Shown here: positions 34,395 through 44,964 of the stretch, piece by piece
Position numbering within the stretch: position 1 is the first letter of the stretch
Layout of the letters: each line of letters begins with the position of its first letter
Assembly: GCA_964569295.1 (NCBI GenBank)
Contig: CAZMVU010000001.1
Span: 84,559 to 148,558, forward strand
Source: an uncultured Nitrospirales bacterium
Lineage (GTDB): Bacteria > Hydrogenedentota > Hydrogenedentia > Hydrogenedentales > JAGMZX01
DNA length: 64,000 bases
Reading direction: 5' to 3'
Made by a program: the position numbers and the translations under genes
The notes under the pieces: generated by a model
The model's database searches: none
Told to the model about the DNA's origin: nothing
The model's input: only the letters and a program-made list of their open reading frames with translations

Positions 34395-35561
34395 TTACGC
34401 ACGCGGCACTATCTTGTACACATTCCCGCTGAGCCACTCGACGATGTATAACTCACCGTCAGCATCTTCGCCGAACGACGAGTAGGCCGGCGGTAGTACC
34501 GTGGGTGGGCGCAGCGGGCCACTCCAGTTCTGGAAGTCAAAGATGCTCGCGCCGTCGTAGCGGAAGCTCCAGATTCTGCCATTCGAGTAATCGCCGAATA
34601 CATAGGCGCCGCTCAGCTCGGGGATGGCGTTGCCGCGGTAGACATAACCGCCGGTTATGCTTGCCGTCAGCAGCTTGTCGTAATCGTAGATGGGGTCCAC
34701 GGCCCCGGGTAATGCGCACTCCTCTTGGCCAGGCCGGCAGATGCTGCCCTCCCGAACACGCCAGCCATAGTTCACGCCGCCGGGGCTGCCGGCCGGCTCA
34801 AAGTTCACCTCCTCGCGCGCGCGTTCCCCCACATCGGCAATATACAGATCGCCCGTGAGCCGATCGAAGCTGAACCGCCACGGATTGCGCAGGCCATACG
34901 CCCAGATTTCCGGCCGCGCATCCGGCGTATCGACAAAGGGGTTATCCGGCGGAATGGCATACGGGGCGCCGCCATCCACATCGATACGCAGGATTTTCCC
35001 GAGCAATGTATCCAGTGATTGCGCACGGTTGTCGGGGTCATTGCCCGGACCGCCGTCCCCGGTAGCGATATAGAGGTAGCCATCCGGCCCGAAGGCCATC
35101 ATCCCGGCGTTATGAATATCTGCCGGCTGACCGAATTCGAGGGTGGTCACGCCACTCTCCGCTTCCGCGACATTCGGATCGGCCGAAACCTGGTACCGTT
35201 CAACCACGGTCTTGGCCGCTGCACCTTCCCCGGGCGCGGTGTAGTTGATGTAAAAGTAGCCGTTCTCCGCGAAGTCCGGGTGGAAGGTCAGACCGAGCAA
35301 GCCCTGCTCGAGGTTTCCCGTCTCGAGATGATCCCCGACATCAAGGAACGGCGCCGACTGCTTTTCACCATCGATGACAAGGATGATGCGTCCCGTATTC
35401 TGCTCGAGAATATACAGGCGCGAAGCGTCTTCCGGCTCAGACGTGACATAAAGTGGCTTCTTCAGGTCACCGGCCACTTTCTCAATGGTAATGGGGGCTG
35501 TCGGGCAGCCTGAAAGCACGAGGGCTGCAAGCAAAACGGTTCCGGGAAAGACGTGGCGCAT
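34395..35561 (-). CDS. PQQ-dependent soluble sugar (glucose/sorbosone) dehydrogenase-family lipoprotein
   Basis: Lipobox 'VLSGC'; beta-propeller GSDH-like motifs ('GLLGLTFHPDF', 'GPDGYLYIATGDGG', 'YGLRNPWRFSFD'). Confidence 0.8.
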   Translation of the reverse strand: MRHVFPGTVLLAALVLSGCPTAPITIEKVAGDLKKPLYVTSEPEDASRLYILEQNTGRIILVIDGEKQSAPFLDVGDHLETGNLEQGLLGLTFHPDFAENGYFYINYTAPGEGAAAKTVVERYQVSADPNVAEAESGVTTLEFGQPADIHNAGMMAFGPDGYLYIATGDGGPGNDPDNRAQSLDTLLGKILRIDVDGGAPYAIPPDNPFVDTPDARPEIWAYGLRNPWRFSFDRLTGDLYIADVGERAREEVNFEPAGSPGGVNYGWRVREGSICRPGQEECALPGAVDPIYDYDKLLTASITGGYVYRGNAIPELSGAYVFGDYSNGRIWSFRYDGASIFDFQNWSGPLRPPTVLPPAYSSFGEDADGELYIVEWLSGNVYKIVPRA

Positions 35562-35653
35562 GGGTAGTACCCTCCGGTTGATTACCACCCGAGAAAACAC
35601 TGCCACATAAAGGCGGTATTCCATCGTGCCGGGAGCACCCGGCCGTGCGCCGG

Positions 35654-35914
35654 TTATCCTGCCAACTGGGCGAGTGGAATAGCCTCATCGATGAGCATGA
35701 TCGGGATGTCGTCCCGGATAGGATAGAGATACGCGCCGTCGTCCCGCACCAGACCGCCGTCGATCTTCGTTTCGACAGGATTCCCCTCCCGGTTTTGCAG
35801 CGTGCCCGCCTCGATTGCGGCATTCACCTGAGCCACAAGCGCATCGCTTGCCACATGTACAGGAGAGTGGTTCTCCGGACACACAAGTATTTCCAGCAGT
35901 TCAGGGTCAACCAT
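35654..35914 (-). CDS. Trm112/YcaR (UPF0434)-family small protein
   Basis: 'LLEILVCPE' zinc-ribbon-like motif and 86-aa size. Confidence 0.7.
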   Translation of the reverse strand: MVDPELLEILVCPENHSPVHVASDALVAQVNAAIEAGTLQNREGNPVETKIDGGLVRDDGAYLYPIRDDIPIMLIDEAIPLAQLAG

Positions 35915-36038
35915 GGCAATTTCTCCAGTTGCTCAGAAAACAGCGCGATTCGCCCCGTATTGTACCGTGGCAGGAACATCCCCGCAAACCGCGTGGGCAC
36001 CGGCCGGTTGACTCACTCCCCGCTACGCTTCTACCCTG

Positions 36039-36455
36039 TTGATAAGAGCAACGGAGAACCGCGCCATGAAACGCTGCCACAAATGCGGCACGCCCTGGGA
36101 AAAGGACGCACCCCGCCCGGGTTACCAGGAGACCTGCCCAAACTGCCTCGCATACCTGCACGTCTGCAAAAACTGCCGGTTCCACGCCCCGAAAGCACAC
36201 AACCAGTGCCGCATGCCGGGAACTGAGATGGTGCGCGACCCTGCGGGCATGAACTACTGCGACGAATTCCGCTTCCGCGAAACCTCGCCCGAAACTGCCG
36301 CCAACAACGGCCCCGACCGCGACGCCCTTGCCCAACTTTTCGGCGGTGCCGCCGACCAAGGCGACACCCAGGCCACACGCGACAAGCTGCTCGGTGACCA
36401 CAAGCCAGAACCAGACCCGCGTCAAGCCTTCGACGACCTTTTCGGCAACGATTAA
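36039..36455 (+). CDS. Hypothetical cysteine-rich (zinc-ribbon) protein
   Basis: 'CHKCG...CPNC...CKNC' Cys pairs; acidic disordered C-terminus. Confidence 0.4.
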   Translation: MIRATENRAMKRCHKCGTPWEKDAPRPGYQETCPNCLAYLHVCKNCRFHAPKAHNQCRMPGTEMVRDPAGMNYCDEFRFRETSPETAANNGPDRDALAQLFGGAADQGDTQATRDKLLGDHKPEPDPRQAFDDLFGND

Positions 36456-36581
36456 AAAATCCTGTTTGACGCTTCCCGGGGACCGTGGTAAAGTCTTGTA
36501 GGCGACGGAGTTGGCATCGCGGCGGCCTTGATGGACGGCATCTCTTATCTTCCGGAACCGAAGTAGAACGAGTCACACAAC

Positions 36582-37988
36582 GTGAGTACCACCGCCACAC
36601 CTTCCCGCATGCTCATTGTAGATGACCGTGCGGACATGCGCCTCATGCTCGAAGATACCTTTGCCGAACAGGGCTTCATTGTCGAGACCGCGTCCTGCGG
36701 CGAAGAGGCTATCAGCCTTAACGAGCAGGCCGCCTTCGATATTATCATTACCGACCTCAACATGCCCGGCAAAGACGGACTCGACGTCCTCCGGGCTGTG
36801 AAGGGGAGCTGCCCCGACACCGAGGTCATCATGATCACCGCCTATGGCACGATCCAGGCGGCGGTCGAGGCCATGCGCCTCGGCGCGGCCGACTTCCTGA
36901 CAAAACCCTTCAAACTCGACGAGATCGAGCGCAAAGTGCGCAGAATTCTCGAACACCAACAGCCGGAAATAACCCAACCAACGCAACCAAAACAAGAAGG
37001 AAGACGGCCGCCCCTTGTAGGCACGAGTTGGCATACAAACCAGCTGCGCAAGATGTTCACCAAGATCGCGCCCAGCAACAGCTCAGTCATGATCCGCGGC
37101 GAGAGCGGCGTCGGAAAAGAACTGGTGGCCCGTGCCATCCACGACGCCAGCCCCCGCCGCGACCGGCCCTTCGTCGCACTGAACTGCGCTGCCCTGGCGC
37201 CCGGCATCCTCGAAAGCGAACTCTTCGGTCACGAGAAGGGCGCCTTTACCGGCGCCAGCGACCGCCGCATCGGCCGCTTCGAGAAAGCCCACACTGGAAC
37301 CCTTTTCCTCGACGAAGTCGGCGAGATCGACCCACGCATACAAACGAAGCTGCTCCGCGTACTCCAGGAAGGCGAGATCGAACGCGTCGGCGGTGCCGAA
37401 GTCATCAAGGTCGACGTGCGTATTGTGGCAGCCACCAACCGCGACCTGCGCGAAGCCATCGAAGCGGGAGAATTCCGGGAGGATTTCTACTACCGGCTCA
37501 ACGTGTTCTCCATTGAAGTAAAGCCCCTGCGCGAACGCCGCGACGACATCCCCATGCTCATGGACCACTTCCTGCGTAAGTTCAGCCTCGAAATGAACAA
37601 GGACGTGCCCGAGATAGACAACGAAGTGTTAAGCATATTCCTCCACTATCCCTGGCCCGGCAACGTGCGCGAACTCGAAAACATTATCGAACGTGCCATG
37701 GTGCTCTCTGAAGGCAACGTGATCACCACCGAAGATCTCCCCCCCGAGCTCATTTACGAGCAACACCCCAAGGCTCAGGACACCCACCCATCCCCCCCTT
37801 CAGAAACCGCCGATACCCCCCACCCTCCCCAAGGCGAATCCCTCGAAAAACGCAAAGACCACCTCGAAAAAGAAATGATCCGCGGCGCCCTCGAAAAATT
37901 CCGCTGGAACAAAACCAAAGCCGCCGAACACCTCGGCCTCAAACGAACCACACTCCAATACAAGATCAAGAAGTACGGGCTGGAGTAG
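36582..37988 (+). CDS. Sigma-54-dependent response regulator (NtrC family: REC + AAA+ + HTH)
   Basis: REC with D at 'IIITDLNMPG', AAA+ 'GESGVGKELVARAIH', GAFTGA motif, C-terminal Fis-type HTH. Confidence 0.9.
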   Translation: MSTTATPSRMLIVDDRADMRLMLEDTFAEQGFIVETASCGEEAISLNEQAAFDIIITDLNMPGKDGLDVLRAVKGSCPDTEVIMITAYGTIQAAVEAMRLGAADFLTKPFKLDEIERKVRRILEHQQPEITQPTQPKQEGRRPPLVGTSWHTNQLRKMFTKIAPSNSSVMIRGESGVGKELVARAIHDASPRRDRPFVALNCAALAPGILESELFGHEKGAFTGASDRRIGRFEKAHTGTLFLDEVGEIDPRIQTKLLRVLQEGEIERVGGAEVIKVDVRIVAATNRDLREAIEAGEFREDFYYRLNVFSIEVKPLRERRDDIPMLMDHFLRKFSLEMNKDVPEIDNEVLSIFLHYPWPGNVRELENIIERAMVLSEGNVITTEDLPPELIYEQHPKAQDTHPSPPSETADTPHPPQGESLEKRKDHLEKEMIRGALEKFRWNKTKAAEHLGLKRTTLQYKIKKYGLE

Positions 37989-38051
37989 CCCGCGGCCAGG
38001 CTAGGGCCTGTAAGCCTTTGACTACTAAATGTGTTTAAATGGACTAAATGG

Positions 38052-38280
38052 AGACAGTCACCGTTTATCTGAGACTGTTTGCAACCCGAACCGCCGCCCC
38101 TGCTCCCGCAGCAACGCCAAGTAGAAGCGCCGGTCGTCATCAACAAAAAAGACATCCTGCTTGTTGTTCCCCCCGTTGCACCACGTGGTGTGCAGCCCCC
38201 GGTACGACTATCCGCGCGACTCTTGGCATGCACCCATGCTACCCGCGAAGGAACGGAATGTCAATATAAACGGTGACTGT
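38052..38280. mobile_element. MITE-like element: 16-bp perfect terminal inverted repeats (GACAGTCACCGTTTAT / ATAAACGGTGACTGTC) flanking ~200 bp
   Basis: IRs read directly from the sequence; the right IR coincides with the 3' end of the alginate-lyase-like ORF; marks the start of a lower-GC region. Confidence 0.45.
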
Positions 38281-39154
38281 CCCCGGTTATTATGAGATTA
38301 TATTTGGCGGTATACTCAAAGCCTTTGGCGAGGCGATGGTCATAGGCGCTGTAAAGATCAACTCCTTGCTTCCAGGCGATCTCGCAGGCGTTAGCCAGGT
38401 ACTCCAGCCCCATCTGGACATGCCACTGATCGCGGCCGCTTTCCTGACATTGTCCCGAGGGTTTGAAATAATTGTTGATCGCACCATTGCCTTTACCGCT
38501 TCGGCAATAATCAACGGCTCTTAGAAACATCGCCTCGTCGTCCAGAAAAACTCCCATAGCCATCATGGTCTGAATCATGGAGGCATCCCAGTTGCCGTTG
38601 GCGAAAGGATAAAAATTCTCTATGATTGGATAAAACACATCCCGAAGCATGGAAGAAAATGGTTCCTGTTCCGATGCCGGCCAGCCGTCCCAGGTATGTT
38701 TGAGCAGCTCGGCGGCATTGCAGTAATTGATCCCGGTCATGCCCACCAGTAATCGTGCATCATGCTGTCCCACCGATTGCAGTGTAGTGGACCAGGCATT
38801 GAGAATTTCCCGGGCTTTCTGAGCATGAGCTTCGTCTTCGGTAAACACCCATTGGAGCGCGTGCATATAGGCAGCAAAACCACCGCGCATAAAGGGGGTT
38901 GCACCGATATCCGGTTTGTTATAGGGGCCGCGTTCCACATGTGCGACGGGTTCGGGCTTCCAGGATAATTGGGCATATTCAGAGCGGCATAGCCCCGCCC
39001 AGGCGGTGGCCCAGGGCTCCTCCCCGGAATCTATTTTTGCCTTTACGAAATCCAGTTCAGCCCGAGTATGGAGAATACCCGGATGAATAAACTCGGCGGA
39101 TACGCCAGCACACAGGAAAAACACCAAGAAGAAAGTAGAGCCGGCCTTAAACAT
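38261..39154 (-). CDS. Alginate-lyase-like polysaccharide lyase, secreted (C-terminus possibly truncated/replaced by the IR element)
   Basis: Signal peptide 'MFKAGSTFFLVFFLCAGVSA'; alpha/alpha-toroid lyase-like sequence; lower GC than surroundings. Confidence 0.45.
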   Translation of the reverse strand: MFKAGSTFFLVFFLCAGVSAEFIHPGILHTRAELDFVKAKIDSGEEPWATAWAGLCRSEYAQLSWKPEPVAHVERGPYNKPDIGATPFMRGGFAAYMHALQWVFTEDEAHAQKAREILNAWSTTLQSVGQHDARLLVGMTGINYCNAAELLKHTWDGWPASEQEPFSSMLRDVFYPIIENFYPFANGNWDASMIQTMMAMGVFLDDEAMFLRAVDYCRSGKGNGAINNYFKPSGQCQESGRDQWHVQMGLEYLANACEIAWKQGVDLYSAYDHRLAKGFEYTAKYNLIITGDSHRLY

Positions 39155-39529
39155 GAAGGAACTCTTTTTAACCCAGACCTCAATGGATGGGCCAGGAGGC
39201 GGGATTGGGGGCTTCAGCCAACATTTCCCATGTGGGACGCCCGGGACCCCCATGGGCACGTTAATCAGCATAATAGAGACACACACTGACGGGATCAAGG
39301 CGAATGGTGTACGCGACGGAGTTCCTGGCTGAAATGGAGCCGGAGCGTCTGAAGGCCCAGCAGGCCGAGAAGGAACGGGCGCGGTTGCGGGAGACGGATC
39401 GGGCCGCCAGGGGCACGGCCAGAAAGGCCCCTTTCACACTTCGGGCCCAATGAAAACCAACACCGTCAAACAAGAAGCAATAGCTTTCTGGTCGTGCCCC
39501 ATGATTGGCCGGGGTTTCTGGCCGGATTC

Positions 39530-40615
39530 CTAGTGCTGGATTGGGCGACTCGTAATGAGGCCGATTCCTCGGCCCTTGTTCCCAACGGCGCAGTAGAACA
39601 GGTAGAAGGTGTCGTTGGCGGGATTGTGAACCAACGAAATCTTGTGGGCGTATTTCTTGTCCAGGCCGTCCGGATGTCCTCCTGCCTTGTATAGCGGTTC
39701 CGGGTGAGCAGTCCAGTGCTCCAAATCACGTGAGAACGCGATCATTATATGTGCTCCGTTGCGTCCCACGCCGAAGTAGAACATGGTCCAGTGGTCGCCG
39801 TCCCGGAATACCTTGGGGTCGGACGCGAACTTCTCGTCGTACCCGTTGGCTCGGACTGGAATCACCGGATTCCCCGCGAATCGTTTCCAACTCAGGAGAT
39901 CATCAGAGAAGGCCAACCCAATCTGCTCGATCTCCCCCTGTGCGGCGTTGTAGAAGTTGAAATAACGACCTTCGTGTTCGACGAGCCAGGGCTGGTAGAT
40001 GCAGTCCCCCTCCCACGCCCCGCAATCTTCGTCGTGCACGGAAAGTATGTATGTATCTCTGGCGCGCTGCCACGTCAGCCCGTCCTGACTCCGCGCTACC
40101 CCTTCGTACCCAGGACGAAGCTCGTAGCCGCCCTGGCGCGGATAGGCCCCATACAGGGTCCAGTAGGAGCCATCGCGTCGCTTCAGCAGACGCGGCACTT
40201 CAATGTGGTAGGATTCATATAGAAAGGCCCCTATGACGCGCCCTCCATGATCAAACGATCCCTCCGGCCCAAACCCCATAGCCAATTGCGGTTCCGACCA
40301 ATGGATGAGGTCATCACTCTCGGCGACGAAGGAACAGTACCCCTCCCCGTTGAAAGCGATGAAACTCATGTACCAATTCGGGTCGCCGGGGAGTTGGTAC
40401 AAAGTCGGAACATCAGTGTTCTTGAACGTTTCATGCCCTGGAATTGCCGGTTCGGCGGCGATGACATGGTCGGGGTAGTAGTGCCAATTCCGATAAGGCG
40501 CTGACCACCGGTCCTGGGTCTCCGAGTCAATCGTTTCCGAAGCTGGTTCGGTCTGCGCACTCGCGGTGACCACCAGGAAGCCGAAGACCAGAAGACATCC
40601 AAATAGCAGACTCAT
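39530..40615 (-). CDS. Secreted beta-propeller glycoside hydrolase candidate (GH43/GH117/GH130-like)
   Basis: Signal peptide; repeated Trp/Asp/Gly-rich blades ('DGSYWTLYGAY', 'DGDHWTMFYFG'); family assignment tentative. Confidence 0.4.
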   Translation of the reverse strand: MSLLFGCLLVFGFLVVTASAQTEPASETIDSETQDRWSAPYRNWHYYPDHVIAAEPAIPGHETFKNTDVPTLYQLPGDPNWYMSFIAFNGEGYCSFVAESDDLIHWSEPQLAMGFGPEGSFDHGGRVIGAFLYESYHIEVPRLLKRRDGSYWTLYGAYPRQGGYELRPGYEGVARSQDGLTWQRARDTYILSVHDEDCGAWEGDCIYQPWLVEHEGRYFNFYNAAQGEIEQIGLAFSDDLLSWKRFAGNPVIPVRANGYDEKFASDPKVFRDGDHWTMFYFGVGRNGAHIMIAFSRDLEHWTAHPEPLYKAGGHPDGLDKKYAHKISLVHNPANDTFYLFYCAVGNKGRGIGLITSRPIQH

Positions 40616-40622
40616 GGCTTAC

Positions 40623-42086
40623 CTACTTTCCTTTCTTGAACCCCGTTTGCCGCCTCAAGCACCGCCCGGTGCGGCGTGCGGAATCGTTCCACACGCGTGT
40701 TGTAAGCGTCGAAGTCGGGAATGTGCTTTTTCCCGATATTTCCCATATGAACTCACCGGCGACCGCAGCCAGTGGGTTCGACGTAGTATGAACGGGGCAA
40801 TCAGTTTGGTCAACCTCTTGTTTGCCCTTGTTTGTGGGGCTCTTCTTCAGTTTTGAGCCGTCCAACTGAGACAAGGAAAATGCGCAATCCGGGCGGACGC
40901 AACAAGTTAGCGACATGGTGTCATGCGCCGACACATCACCTCGACCCACATGTCCTTTTTGCTGGTTCCGGAGGATGCAGAATTGAGCATAGAGGGTGAA
41001 GGAAATCCGCACGTTGATACGCAATACCACTGCTTTCCCAACGTTAGTCGCGTAATTCCAACCGGTTAGAAGAGTCCCCCCCGCGCCGATTCCATACTCT
41101 ACCGACGAAAAAGCCTGTAAAATGGGGGTCTTCTCGAAGAGGCTGACGCTCAAAATCTGTAGAATTGTGTAGAGACTCAGCTCGAGCCCGAGGCGCTTCT
41201 TGACGATGGCTATGAGTACATACACGCTGATGGCAATCCAGATTTGCGTCTTTACGGCATTCTCTGTCGTGCCGTAAAACTTCTTGATGCGCAGGTGTTG
41301 CTTTATCCATTTGAAGAACAACTCGACTTGCCACCGGCAGCGGTAGAGGTCTGCCACGGTCTTGGCGGGGAGGTCGAAGTTGTTGGTCAGGAACACAAAG
41401 CGCTTGTCCTTGTCCGCATCGAAGTAGCGGATGCGTCGCAGTTTCTCGGGGTAGTCCTTGCTCGCATAGAAGCCGTTGAGCAAGACGGTTTGGTCGCACT
41501 GAACGCCGGTTGTTTTGTCGACGGGAGCAGAATAGAGACGCCTGCAGTTGAAATTCTTCTTCGCGGGGATGATGAAGAAGGCCATCGCCTGATGCATTGC
41601 AAACAAGCGACCGAAATCGAGATACCCACGGTCCATGATGTAAAAGGCGCCGGGCTCCACCGGGAGTTGGTCGAGTATGTTGACGTCGTGAACCTTGCCA
41701 TCGGTAATAAACACAAGGGTTGGAATGTTTCCACGCAGGTCCTGCAAGGTGTGCAGTTTGACGGCACTCTGCGTCCTGCGAAACTTCGCCCATGGGAACA
41801 GCGATATGCACAAGTCGATGGTGGAAGCGTCGAGCGCATAGGCGGCGTTGTCCAATTCCACGGCGAAGCCATCGTCCACATACAATGCCCGCGCCTCTTT
41901 GATGAGCGCCTGAGCGAAGTCGGCGTAAATGCGCCCAACCACTACGATTGAAGGTGCCCGGTGGTACCGGGTTGTTGCGCCCATGTGTTCCGGGTGAATC
42001 GGGGCGCAACGACGCGTGTGCAACCCCTGGCCCCGGGAATATGCCGGCAGCGAAAGTCCGCTGCCAGCCTGCGCGGCCTGCGCCAT
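40623..42086 (-). mobile_element. IS4/IS5-superfamily DDE transposase gene (probable IS copy; element ends not resolved; the C-terminal ~100 codons of the ORF are probably read-through)
   Basis: DDE transposase signatures incl. 'YRCRWQVELFFKWIKQ'; lower GC. Confidence 0.75.
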
Positions 42087-42100
42087 CTCGCCACCTTGGA

Positions 42101-43527
42101 CTATGCATTAAGCTGGGGAATGCTCACATCGCCCATGCGGACGAGTACGCGGTGTTTGACCAGCGTCCGGGCGAGCGGGATGATGCCATCCGCGATGCGC
42201 TGGCCGTCCAGTTCCACCCAGGGCACGCCACGCTCGCAATGGTCTGGGTTCTCGACATGAATCTCGTAGAGTGCCTGGCCGTGGCGATAACTTATCTGGA
42301 AGCCATCCCACCAACTGGGAATGACCGGGGCGATTTGCATCGTTTCGCCGCGCAGTTTGCGGTCGAGGATTTCCTCCACCCAGGCGCGATACATCCACGC
42401 CGCCGAACCGGTATACCAGGACCAGCCGCCTTGGCCGGTTCTTCCGGGCAGGCGATAGACATCCGCCGCAACGGCGTATGGTTCGACTCCATAGCGCCAG
42501 ACCGATTCTGGTTCGCGGGCGTGTCGACGGGGTTGAGCATGCGCAGAATCCCGGCCGCGCGTGCGCCATCGCCGCGCCGCGCCATCGCCAGCCAGACCGC
42601 GGCGTGGGTGTATTGGCCGCCGTTCTCGCGCACGCCCGGCGGGTAACCCTTGATGTAACCGGGCGAAGGCTCGGAGCACTCGAAAGGCGGGTCAAAGAGT
42701 TGCACGAGGTTTTCCTCCTCGCGCACGAGGAGGTTCCATGCCGAATCCAGCGCCCGGGCGGCGCGGTCCGGGTCGCCGCCGCCGCATAACTGCGCCCAGG
42801 ATTGCGCCAGAGAGTCGATCCGCGCTTCGGCATTCGCGGCGGCGCCCAGCGGCGAACCATCGTCGAAGGTCGCACGCAGGTACCACGCCCCATCCCAGGC
42901 ATGTCGTTCGATACGCCCGATCAGCAATTTCCGATCTTCTTGGCAGGCTGCGCCGAATTCCGATTGTCCCATCAGGTTGGCCATTTCGGCCATTCCCGCC
43001 AGCACATCCGCCATGAACCACGCCAGCCAAACGCTCTCGCCCCTGCCTTCCGCGCCGACAAGATTCATCCCATCGTTCCAATCCCCGGTCCCCATGAGCG
43101 GCAGGCCCTGTTTGCCGAATTGCTGGGCATGTTCGAGCGCCCGCTGGCAGTGCTCGAAGAGCGTAGCGCGTTCAAGCGAGACAGCCGGCTGCTGGAAACT
43201 CTCGTGTTCGTCTTCGCCCAGGCGGGGCGCTTCGAGGAACGGGACCGGCTCGTGGAGGACCGTCACGTCGCCTGTAACCCGGAGATATTGCGCGGTGACG
43301 AAAGGAAGCCACAGGAGGTCATCCGAGATGCGCGAGCGGATGCCCGCGCCGCCGGGCGGGTGCCACCAGTGTTGCACGTCGCCCTCTTTGAACTGATGAC
43401 CGGCCGCCAGCAAAATGTGTTCGCGCGCCAATTCTGGGGCGGCATAGAGCAGGGCCATCACGTCCTGCAATTGATCGCGGAATCCGAACGCGCCGCCGGA
43501 TTGATAGAATCCGGAGCGCCCCCACAT
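42101..43527 (-). pseudogene. GH94 glycoside phosphorylase (cellobiose/chitobiose-phosphorylase or cyclic-glucan-synthase C-terminal type), N-terminally truncated and frameshifted
   Basis: Catalytic region 'GTGDWNDGMN' in frame A (42292-43527) continues in frame B (42101-42679: 'GGWSWYTGSAAWMYRA'); upstream part replaced by an IS remnant. Confidence 0.65.
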
Positions 43528-43699
43528 CCGGCAGGCGAGGCTTTGGTAGAGCAGCCATCGGTTGAGGATAAGGTCGGTGGCCAGCTCGGGGGTGTGAACC
43601 TGAAGCGCGCCAAGCTGCCCATCCCACCAGGCCTGGGTTTGCCGGAGCGCATCCTCGACCGCCTGATTATCGCGGTAAGTCCCCGCCAGGGCGCGGGCC

Positions 43700-43961
43700 T
43701 CCTCGATCGTGGGCGCCTGGCCGCATCCAACTCTGTCTGCAGCGGGTCGCCCGTGCGATCCCTCAGCGCCTCGTCGATGCCCAGCAGCGCCTTCTCACGC
43801 CACTGCTCCAGCCGGTAGACCTCGACACCCACGTCACGACTCACCGCGTCCAGCGGCTCACCATGCAACAGCCGTAACACCACTTCGCGCTTACGCCGCG
43901 CACTCCAACGCTGCTTCGGGCCCAACGGACCCTGCTTGTCTCCGTTCGATTCCTTGCTCAT
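43700..43961 (-). mobile_element. IS3-family OrfA (HTH_Tnp_1) remnant without OrfB
   Basis: 'RWSARRKREVVLRLLHGEPLDAVSRDVGVEVYRLEQWREKA' matches the IS3/IS911 OrfA HTH pattern; abuts the truncated GH94 gene. Confidence 0.5.
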
Positions 43962-44651
43962 AACCCGTCCTCCTTGGTTCACGATTATCGCAAATTCGTG
44001 TCCAAATAAATCGGGTGCGGTTTACTGAATGCAGAGCGTGGTAGACCCGGCTGGGCTTAATTCTGGAGCCGTTAAGAGCATGGGGACTGTTGCGGCGAGA
44101 ACGCCGAACACAAGGAATGCCACAAGCGCGCCCCCGATCCTGCGCATAAGAAATGGCGCCCATGTCCGAACCGTGCCGTCTTCGCTTTTGCTCATGCATG
44201 CTACACGGCGGTATCCGCTCCGCTTCCATTTTCTGAAGGTGCCGCGAACGGCAGCTTTTATGGGAAAATATGCTATTAGAACGGCTGATTTCATTATCAT
44301 TGTGGCCCGATGTGGTCGCAGGTGGAGATCAAAGCGGCTGATATCGTGCTTGTCACGAGTGGGCCGTTGAACCGTTCACCCCGCACCTGTTCCTGATATC
44401 GGAATTGTGATCGGGCCAGAGCAACCCTGCCTGTTTCTCCTTTCCCTTGCGCTCAATGAGATTGCTGAAAACCATGATGACCCTGGACAAGACACCCCTT
44501 TCTTCCTGAACACCAGCACCAAAAGAGGCACACCCCACACTCCAAAAGCCTGTCACCCATTGCCCATGGACGGCGATGTGTTCTCATGCTTCATTCTCGT
44601 CAGACTCTTGGTCTGTATAGTGCCTCAATTGGCGCTGTAAAGAGCGGTCCA

Positions 44652-44813
44652 CTACCTGTTCTGCACATTCTCGGCCGCGTCTTCAACGGCCTCGCCGCCC
44701 TTTTGGATGTCCTTGCCAGCCCCACGGAACGTGTTGCATCCCAGGGTGCCGGCGCACATAAGCGTGCCTACCAACAAAACCACGATCACTTTCGAAAACT
44801 TTTGCATCTTCAT
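44652..44813 (-). CDS. Entericidin EcnA/EcnB-family small lipoprotein (53 aa), absent from the ORF track
   Basis: rc translation 'MKMQKFSKVIVVLLVGTLMCAGTLGCNTFRGAGKDIQKGGEAVEDAAENVQNR': lipobox 'LGC', 'CNT.RG.G.D' entericidin motif; alternative start 44819. Confidence 0.6.
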   Translation of the reverse strand: MKMQKFSKVIVVLLVGTLMCAGTLGCNTFRGAGKDIQKGGEAVEDAAENVQNR

Positions 44814-44964
44814 GTTCATGTTCCTCTCATTTTGGAACTTGCGCCTGGGGACTTGTTTTCTCCAGGCAATAGTAAAGCCATGTCATCTTATAGCCGGGCT
44901 CAACAAAGTGTTGACGCCTTACCAGCAATCAATGCCTGCACGCGGCGCGCGGGCGGCGCCCAGT

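Noticed and set aside
38215-38245. Sigma-54-like -24/-12 promoter (TGGCAT-N..-GC) inside the MITE-like element
   Set aside because: GG-to-GC spacing is 11 rather than 10 and no downstream gene is in the right orientation
41244-42646. Plus-strand ORFs overlapping the IS4 transposase and GH94 remnant
   Set aside because: Antisense to recognisable transposase / GH94 sequence; no motifs
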